A DNA stretch of 64,000 nucleotides from an uncultured Rhabdochlamydiaceae bacterium. Its GTDB lineage: Bacteria > Chlamydiota > Chlamydiia > Chlamydiales > Rhabdochlamydiaceae. The position numbers were made by a program, and so were the translations under genes. Shown in pieces: positions 57,055 to 64,000 of this stretch. Where the stretch lies: the NCBI GenBank assembly GCA_963712275.1, contig CAVQHD010000001.1, forward strand, positions 1,568,001-1,632,000. The letters run 5' to 3'. The stretch's first letter is position 1, and each line of letters begins with the position of its first letter. The notes beneath the pieces were generated by a model. It was given only the letters and a program-made list of their open reading frames with translations. It was not told the DNA's origin and made no database searches.

Positions 57055-57728
57055 GAACCCGTCCGTAATTGCTCGATCGCTTTATCCATCTCCGGAGCCC
57101 CATAGAGATAACTGCCTGCCACAAGCACATTGGCTCCTGCTTCAATACACTGCCCTGCTGTTTCTAGGTTAATTCCCCCATCTACTTGGATATCTAAATC
57201 CACCTTCATCTGTTTTGCCATTGCCAGCGTATATTCAATCTTATCTAGAACTCTCGGCATAAATTTTTGTCCACTAAAACCAGGGTTAACACTCATCATA
57301 AGGACCAGATCTGTTTGAGGCAGAAATCTCAGCACCATTTCTTGCGATGTATCAGGGCAAAATGCAAGACCCGACTTAACTCCGCATTTGCGGATATAAT
57401 CCAACGTCTCACTGACGTCTTCGGTTGCTTCAAAATGGATGGTGATCCGATCAGCGCCCGCTTTGATAAACCGCTCGATAAATTCAAATGGGTTGTAAAT
57501 CATTAAGTGAACATCTAGGAATAGAGACGTTGCACGATTGATAGCTGCGACAGCCATGGGCCCTAAGGTAAGATTGGGAACAAAGTGCCCATCCATGACA
57601 TCGATGTGCAGCCCATCAGCCCCTGCTTTTTCCGCCCGCTTAGCCTCATCTGCCAAATGACCAAAATCACCGGATAGAATTGAAGGAAAAACTTGGGTCT
57701 TCTTTTTTACATCGCCCTTTTTTGTCAT
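57051..57728 (-). CDS. rpe: Ribulose-phosphate 3-epimerase
   Basis: HIDVMDGHFVPN, DVHLM, MSVNPGF and VDGG motifs. Confidence 0.97.
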   Translation of the reverse strand: MTKKGDVKKKTQVFPSILSGDFGHLADEAKRAEKAGADGLHIDVMDGHFVPNLTLGPMAVAAINRATSLFLDVHLMIYNPFEFIERFIKAGADRITIHFEATEDVSETLDYIRKCGVKSGLAFCPDTSQEMVLRFLPQTDLVLMMSVNPGFSGQKFMPRVLDKIEYTLAMAKQMKVDLDIQVDGGINLETAGQCIEAGANVLVAGSYLYGAPEMDKAIEQLRTGS

Positions 57729-57946
57729 CTCTCTCCAATCTTAATTTGTTTCCCAAGATCCCGTCAATGAAAGAAGAGTCAGGCGGTAGGACATAGAAAA
57801 ATATAATAAATATTTTAAATAAGAGGGAGTTGTAAAACCTCCAAGTGATTCAAAATAAACAATTTATAAAGCGTATAATAATTATTTAATTAAAGTAAAC
57901 AATTTGTTATAATTATATTAATGTAAATAAAATAATAAGTAATTAT

Positions 57947-59596
57947 ATGACAAATTTAACAAGTTTAATAAATTTTACACGTCTATTATGGATAGATAAA
58001 GTTGCAATACGTGAACAATTCTGTCTATGTGAATATGTTTCCCCAAAAGAAAGAGAATTTACCCTACCCCCTCAAGCAGCGGCAAATCCTCCAGGACCTA
58101 ATTATTTTGAGTTGTTGCCTGCTGAAACAGTTCTAGACATTCTAAATTTTGCAGGCGTCCCCGCCCAAACGTCTCCAGTCTGTAGACACTTCTGCCAATT
58201 GAGCGATGACCGTACGATGCTTTATTCAGTTGCCAATCTTTTCCCTAACCAACCCAGGAATCTTCTTCCAGCCCAATTTCAGAATAAATTATATCAAACT
58301 CTTAATCAGGAACTTAAAAATTTGGGACTCGATTCTTCGATCCTAAGCGACCTTTCAACCTATGCCTATGTCGATCGAGTCATCAAAGCGAGAAATTTTT
58401 GCCTATTCTGCTCAAGATTACCCGGAATGGCAGTCGATCTCTCTTCTTCTCCCGCCACAATCCTTGCAGAGGCTTCTCGTCTCCAGCCTTTACTTCAAAA
58501 TGAGTTGAATAACCCTCTTTCCGCTATTTCATTGATGCAGTCCTTAGATTTGAGTCAGCTCAATCTCACAAGACTCCCCTCAGAAATTGGCAGTTTGCAG
58601 GCTTTGACGATCCTTAATCTAAATGACAACTTCTTGGCTACACTTCCTCCAGAAATTGGCAATCTACGAACTTTGCAGTGTCTTGAGCTGAATCACAACT
58701 CCCTCACTAAACTTCCTCCACAAATTGGCAATCTACAGACTTTGCAGTCCCTTTATCTAGATCACAATTCCCTCACTGCACTTCCTCCAGAAATTGGCGG
58801 TTTGCTGGCTTTGGAATCCCTTAAGCTGAATTACAACTCCCTCACTGCACTTCCTCCAGAAATTGGCGGTTTGCTGGCTTTGCAGCGCCTTGAGCTGAAT
58901 CACAATTCCCTCATTGCGCTTCCTCCAGAAATTGGCACTTTGCTGGCTTTGACGTACCTTGAGCTGAATCACAATTCTCTCACTATACTTCCTCCAGAAA
59001 TTGGTGGTTTGCTAGCTTTGTGTATCCTTGAGCTGAATCACAATTCTCTCATTATACTTCCTCCAGAAATTGGTGGTTTGCAGAATTTGCGATCCCTTGC
59101 GCTGAATCACAATTCCCTCACTATACTTCCTCCAGAAATTGGTGGTTTGCAGAATTTGCGATCCCTTGCGCTGAATCACAATTCCCTTACTATACTTCCT
59201 CCAGAAATCGGTGGTTTGCTAGCTTTGTGTATCCTTGAGCTGAATCACAATTCCCTTACTACACTTCCTCCAGAAATTGGCACTTTGCGGGATTTGCGGT
59301 TCCTTGAGCTGAGTTACAATTCCATCTCTGCACTTCCTCCAGAAATTGGTAATTTGAAGGCTTTGGAGCACCTTATGCTACATCATAATTCCCTTACTGC
59401 ACTTCCTCCAGAAATTACCAAACTTCGAAATCTAGTGAAAATTGATCTCAGTCATAACCTCTTAACATCCATTCCACCCCAATTTTTTAATGTACGCCTC
59501 GCCACCGCTTCACGCTTCCGCCATAACCCCTTGGGATTAGGGACAACTCTTTTCATCGAAACTCTTGTTGGGACACGATTTGCTAAATTCTTTTAA
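57947..59596 (+). CDS. F-box-like plus leucine-rich repeat protein (~14 x 23-aa LRR)
   Basis: FELLPAETVLDILNF...VCRHFCQL F-box-like segment; LxxLxxLxLxxNxLxxLPPEIG repeats. Confidence 0.9.
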   Translation: MTNLTSLINFTRLLWIDKVAIREQFCLCEYVSPKEREFTLPPQAAANPPGPNYFELLPAETVLDILNFAGVPAQTSPVCRHFCQLSDDRTMLYSVANLFPNQPRNLLPAQFQNKLYQTLNQELKNLGLDSSILSDLSTYAYVDRVIKARNFCLFCSRLPGMAVDLSSSPATILAEASRLQPLLQNELNNPLSAISLMQSLDLSQLNLTRLPSEIGSLQALTILNLNDNFLATLPPEIGNLRTLQCLELNHNSLTKLPPQIGNLQTLQSLYLDHNSLTALPPEIGGLLALESLKLNYNSLTALPPEIGGLLALQRLELNHNSLIALPPEIGTLLALTYLELNHNSLTILPPEIGGLLALCILELNHNSLIILPPEIGGLQNLRSLALNHNSLTILPPEIGGLQNLRSLALNHNSLTILPPEIGGLLALCILELNHNSLTTLPPEIGTLRDLRFLELSYNSISALPPEIGNLKALEHLMLHHNSLTALPPEITKLRNLVKIDLSHNLLTSIPPQFFNVRLATASRFRHNPLGLGTTLFIETLVGTRFAKFF

Positions 59597-59619
59597 TAAA
59601 AAAAATAATAGGTAATTAT

Positions 59620-61560
59620 ATGACAAATTTAACAAGTTTAATAAGTTTTACACGTCTATCATGGAATGATAAAGTCGCAACATTTGAACAACGCTGTCGA
59701 GGTGAATACGTTCCCCTAAAAGAAAGAGAATTTACTCTACCTCCTCAAGTGGCGGCGACTCCTCAGGGACCCAATTATTTTGAGTTGTTGCCTGCTGAAA
59801 CAGTTCTAGACATTCTAAATTTTGCAGGCGTCCCCGCCCAAACATCTAAAGTCTCTAGGCACTTCTGCCAATTGAGCGATGATCGTACGATGCTTTGTTC
59901 AATTGTCAATCTTCTCCCTGTCAATCTTCTCCCCAATCAACCTAGGAACCTTCTTCCAGCCCAGCTTCAGAATAAAATTTATCAATCTCTTAATCAGGAA
60001 CTTAAAAATTTGGGACTCGATTCTTCGATCCTAAGCGACCCTTCAACCTATGCCTATGTCGATCGAGTCATCAAAGCGAGAAATTTTTGCCTATTCTGCT
60101 CAAGATTACCCGGAATGGCAGTCGATCTCTCTTCTTCTCCTGCTACAATCCTTGCAGAGGCTTCTCGTCTCCAGCCTTTACTTCAAAATGAGTTGAATAA
60201 CCCTCTTTCCGCTATTTCATTGATGCAGTCCTTAGATTTGAATCAGCTCAATCTCACAAGACTCCCCTCAGAAATTGGCAGTTTGCAGGCTTTGCTGATC
60301 CTTACAGTGCATAACAATTCCCTCACTGCGCTTCCTCCAGAAATTGGCAATTTGCGGGCTTTGACGCACCTTGGTGTGGATAACAATTCCCTCACTGCGC
60401 TTCCTCCAGAAATTGGCAATTTGCGGGCTTTGACGCACCTTGGTGTGGATAACAACTCCCTCACTGCACTTCCTCCAGAAATTGGCAATCTACGAACTTT
60501 GCAGCAACTTTCTCTAAACCACAACTCCCTCACTATACTTCCTCCAGAAATTCGCAATTTGCAAGTTTTGCGGGACCTTTACCTGAATTACAACTCCTTG
60601 ACTGCACTTCCTCCAGAAATTGGCAATCTACGAACTTTGCAGCAACTTTCTCTAAACCATAACTCCCTCACTGCACTTCCTCCAGAAATTCGCAATTTGC
60701 AAGTTTTGCGGGACCTTTATCTGGATTACAACTCCCTAACTGCACTTCCTCCAGAAATTGGCGGTTTGCTGGCTTTGCAGCGCCTTGAGCTGAATCACAA
60801 TTCCCTCACTGCACTTCCTCCAGAAATTGGCAATCTACGGACTTTGCAGTCCCTTCACCTGGATCACAATTCCCTCATTGCGCTTCCTCCAGAAATTGGC
60901 AATTTACGGGCTTTGACGTACCTTGAGCTGAATCACAATTCCCTCACTGCACTTCCTTCAGAAATTGGCAATCTACGGTCTTTGCACTTCCTTCACCTGG
61001 ATCACAATTCCCTCATTGCACTTCCTCCAGAAATTGGCAATTTACGGGCTTTGACGTACCTTGAGCTGAATCACAATTCCCTCACTGCACTTCCTTCAGA
61101 AATTGGCAATCTACGGACTTTGCAGCTCCTTTATCTGAATCACAATTCCCTCACTGCACTTCCTCCAGAAATTGGCAATCTACGGACTTTGCAGTCCCTT
61201 CACCTGGATCACAATTCCCTCATTGCGCTTCCTCCAGAAATTGGCAATCTACGGACTTTGCAGTCCCTTTACCTGAATCACAACTCCCTAACTGCACTTC
61301 CTCCAGAAATTGGCGGTTTGCTGGCTTTACAGTGCCTTGAACTGAATCACAATTCTCTCACTGCACTTCCTCCAGAAATTACCAAACTCAAAAACCTGGA
61401 GAAGATTGCTCTCAGCAATAACCTCTTAACATTCATTCCACCCCAACTTTTTAATGTACGCCTCGCCACCGCTTCATGCTTCCGCCATAACCCCTTGGGA
61501 TTAGGGACAACTTTTTTCATCAAAACTCTTGTTGGGACACGATTTGCTAGATTCTTTTAA
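59620..61560 (+). CDS. F-box-like plus leucine-rich repeat protein (~18 x 23-aa LRR), tandem paralog
   Basis: N- and C-terminal regions nearly identical to 57947-59596; four more LRR units and a 15-nt duplication (VNLLP twice). Confidence 0.9.
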   Translation: MTNLTSLISFTRLSWNDKVATFEQRCRGEYVPLKEREFTLPPQVAATPQGPNYFELLPAETVLDILNFAGVPAQTSKVSRHFCQLSDDRTMLCSIVNLLPVNLLPNQPRNLLPAQLQNKIYQSLNQELKNLGLDSSILSDPSTYAYVDRVIKARNFCLFCSRLPGMAVDLSSSPATILAEASRLQPLLQNELNNPLSAISLMQSLDLNQLNLTRLPSEIGSLQALLILTVHNNSLTALPPEIGNLRALTHLGVDNNSLTALPPEIGNLRALTHLGVDNNSLTALPPEIGNLRTLQQLSLNHNSLTILPPEIRNLQVLRDLYLNYNSLTALPPEIGNLRTLQQLSLNHNSLTALPPEIRNLQVLRDLYLDYNSLTALPPEIGGLLALQRLELNHNSLTALPPEIGNLRTLQSLHLDHNSLIALPPEIGNLRALTYLELNHNSLTALPSEIGNLRSLHFLHLDHNSLIALPPEIGNLRALTYLELNHNSLTALPSEIGNLRTLQLLYLNHNSLTALPPEIGNLRTLQSLHLDHNSLIALPPEIGNLRTLQSLYLNHNSLTALPPEIGGLLALQCLELNHNSLTALPPEITKLKNLEKIALSNNLLTFIPPQLFNVRLATASCFRHNPLGLGTTFFIKTLVGTRFARFF

Positions 61561-63331
61561 TTTTAGAGAGGAATAAAGCTTGTTCTTCCGGATCTGAGCT
61601 GACAAAAAGATAGCCTAAATACTTTACGCCTTCATCGTGCGAAGGGCGTGCTATGATAAGTTGAGATTCGTCAAAATCGGCGAGGTCAAGCTCTGGAATC
61701 ACCGATGCAAGGCCCATGGTGTAGACGGCAGAAGCGTCGTGCTCTACCTTAACTGCAGATACGGGAAAGTCCAAAAGTTGTTTCCATAGAAGAAGCCATT
61801 TTTTCAGTTGCTGCGGCGGTAAAAAACTACGCGCTTCGATAGGATAGAGAGTATGAAAAAATGTTTCTAGCAAGCGGTGCTCGGAGGCGGCTAAAAGCCT
61901 TTGAACTTGATCGATGAGCTCCACCTGCTTTGCAATCATTCCTCCTGTATAATCTCTTAAAGGCCCAATGACTTTCTCTAACTCTTGGAAAACAGCTTGA
62001 CGCGCGCGAAAAAGATCGACCGATGATTGATCGTCGCGTAAAAAGGGGAGGGAGGAAAGATGGACTCGAAAGACGGTGGCTTCCTTTGGGTACCGTTTCC
62101 TGAGGAGGCCCACTCTTTTGACTCGGTCAGGGATAAAACTTAAAGAACTTTCGCTCAAACCAAAAAGGTATTGAATCGAGTAACTTGTTGGGAATAAAAT
62201 TCTGACGAGAATCACGGTGAAAAACAACTCCCTTCCTTTTTGTTGATCAAAGATGAGAATCGCCTGGGGAAGATCTTTGACAAAATGAAGCTGCCCTGAA
62301 AGCGTCACAATATGCCTTAAGATCTCCTCTTCGTTACACGGCATAAAGATCGATTTTAATGGAACCTCGACAAATTTTCGGACTTCCTGTGCAAGGAAAG
62401 ATCTTAATCGTTTGATTTCAAACGGCATAAAAAGATCACCGCTCTCTTTTTCAATTTCAAGATAGAGGATCGAGATTCCTTTTGCATGCCCTTCATGACA
62501 ATAAAAAGAATCGGCAACAGCTTTAATCCCTGCCACTCCTCCAAGCAGCGCGCGGAAAAGATGCCTTTCTTCAAAAAGCTCTTCTTCGTTTAGAAAATTG
62601 AGACCCACACAAACACCCAAAACTTCCTTAGGCCCCCAAGGAAGATCCAATACAACGGGCCTTAACTTAAGTCGAATATGCCCCCTATAAGGATCATTTT
62701 CGCGCGCCCGTTCAATCGATTTTGTAAAAACATAGCATGCTGCTGCAATCCGACTTAAATGCTCTGCTGAACGGCGTGCTTTAAATTCGTCGCGGCTCAT
62801 CACCATAAATTGCTGAAGCTGCCCAAAGATATCGTAATCGAGAGCTTCAGGTTTTCTCTCGAGAAGTTTTGTGATCTTCTCTTGGATTTGGCCATGTTTT
62901 TGCTGAGGAGACGTGAAATGAGTTTCAAGAAGGCGGTTTGCATGATAAACAGAGACCATTCCCAAGCGAATTTCGGTTTCAATAACTTTTAAATTCCTCT
63001 CAATCTGCTCGCGAGGTAAGGTAGGATCCATTCGGAGAACCATTTCCGCCACCGTAAAATAGATAGATGGCTTCGAAGAAAAGTGAAAATCTGTTGAAAA
63101 GAGCGCTGAAACATCAATCCTTCGTCCAGGGATCAGCCACCGATGAATCATCTCGAAAAAAAACTTTGCCACATTTAATCGGTGCTTACACACAAAATGG
63201 AGTTTCAACTGATCCCTATTCCATTTCCACCGAAATAGAGGCAGATTTTGATCTGATTCTAAAAAAGATGCTTTTTCAGAATCTAAGATATGGGAAACCA
63301 GCTCTGGATATTCTGCTTCAAGTCCCTTCAT
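61547..63331 (-). CDS. Hypothetical protein
   Basis: 594-aa ORF overlapping the lysC stop; no family recognised. Confidence 0.75.
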   Translation of the reverse strand: MKGLEAEYPELVSHILDSEKASFLESDQNLPLFRWKWNRDQLKLHFVCKHRLNVAKFFFEMIHRWLIPGRRIDVSALFSTDFHFSSKPSIYFTVAEMVLRMDPTLPREQIERNLKVIETEIRLGMVSVYHANRLLETHFTSPQQKHGQIQEKITKLLERKPEALDYDIFGQLQQFMVMSRDEFKARRSAEHLSRIAAACYVFTKSIERARENDPYRGHIRLKLRPVVLDLPWGPKEVLGVCVGLNFLNEEELFEERHLFRALLGGVAGIKAVADSFYCHEGHAKGISILYLEIEKESGDLFMPFEIKRLRSFLAQEVRKFVEVPLKSIFMPCNEEEILRHIVTLSGQLHFVKDLPQAILIFDQQKGRELFFTVILVRILFPTSYSIQYLFGLSESSLSFIPDRVKRVGLLRKRYPKEATVFRVHLSSLPFLRDDQSSVDLFRARQAVFQELEKVIGPLRDYTGGMIAKQVELIDQVQRLLAASEHRLLETFFHTLYPIEARSFLPPQQLKKWLLLWKQLLDFPVSAVKVEHDASAVYTMGLASVIPELDLADFDESQLIIARPSHDEGVKYLGYLFVSSDPEEQALFLSKIKRI

Positions 63332-64000
63332 AAATGGGTAAACTCTTTTGGCTCAAACGGTTTTGATCTTTGATCCAAGTTCCTTCGGTCGAGGTTGGGT
63401 TAACAAAGGGCAGAACTTGAAGGGAGATTTGATTTTTCGCTGCGAGGTCAATGCAACGGCTTTGAAGAACTTTGGCCCCTTGCCGAGTGATTGTTAAAGC
63501 CTCTTTATAAGTTAAGAGGGGAAACAGTCGAGCCTCAGGATCTTTTTTAGGATCCGCACTAAAAATTCCTGGGACGTCTTTATAGAATTCCACATTCTGC
63601 GCTTTGAGAGCTGCTGCTAGGGCAACAGCTGTCGTATCAGACCCGCCTCGACCTAAAGTGGTAATGTCTCCTTCGAGGCTAACCCCTTGAAACCCCGCTA
63701 CAATGACAATCTTTCCTTGATTTAGGGCTCGAATAACCCGGTGTGGTTTGACATCTACAATTTTGGCCTCCGAATGATCTACTGTTGTAATAATCCCCGC
63801 TTGGCTTCCCGTTAAGCTGACAGCTTGCCCCCCTTTTAATTCTAAAGCCATCGCTAAAAGAGCCATACTAATTCTTTCACCGACAGAAACCAGCATATCT
63901 TCCTCTCTTTTTGGAGGATAAGGGTGAACTTTTCGAGCAAGCGCTAACAGTTCATTCGTTGTATTGCCCATTGCACTGACCACAACGATGATTTGAGACG
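63318..64000 (-). CDS. lysC: Aspartate kinase (5' truncated by window edge; catalytic domain only)
   Basis: [27 protein letters not shown] and [11 protein letters not shown] motifs; stops soon after the kinase domain. Confidence 0.93.
   Translation of the reverse strand, partial: SQIIVVVSAMGNTTNELLALARKVHPYPPKREEDMLVSVGERISMALLAMALELKGGQAVSLTGSQAGIITTVDHSEAKIVDVKPHRVIRALNQGKIVIVAGFQGVSLEGDITTLGRGGSDTTAVALAAALKAQNVEFYKDVPGIFSADPKKDPEARLFPLLTYKEALTITRQGAKVLQSRCIDLAAKNQISLQVLPFVNPTSTEGTWIKDQNRLSQKSLPIYEGT

Noticed and set aside
58570..61380. 69-nt periodic repeats resembling a CRISPR array or a DGR variable region
   Set aside because: They are in-frame 23-aa LRR coding units; no cas genes or reverse transcriptase are in the window

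Overview
A 64-kb chromosomal segment from a member of Chlamydiota, most likely an environmental lineage. Evidence: the PVC small basic signature protein followed by ybeY and a CBS gene, a phoH/CT016-like/CT017-like block, rmuC-pssA near nrdAB, rpe-efp-accB-accC, a triple ATP-cone NrdA with a class Ic NrdB, and F-box-LRR genes. Housekeeping genes alternate with lineage-specific host-interaction genes. Highlights: (1) a compact type III secretion translocon-like operon (30211-34289) between pssA and nrdA, with SctE- and SctB-like translocators preceded by a 160-aa protein carrying a SipD/IpaD-like needle-tip helix (QTLTTEYSNANAQNQSLVKIM), and no adjacent TPR chaperone; (2) an Inc-like membrane protein (46068-47228) whose acidic low-complexity region has four WxxxF/Y motifs resembling those the peroxisomal import receptor PEX5 uses to bind PEX14; (3) four families of ~140-190 bp palindromic elements, two with paired substitutions in both arms, and one inserted with a TTA duplication into a pre-existing hairpin; (4) tandem F-box-LRR paralogs, an internally duplicated membrane protein with a degenerate RING-like motif, a pentapeptide-repeat/C26 amidohydrolase fusion and a P3A-type H+-ATPase. 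Two tRNAs, tandem NrdR boxes and a CIRCE-like element were also found. No CRISPR array, transposase or integrase was seen. All family calls come from reading motifs by eye; no database searches were run.
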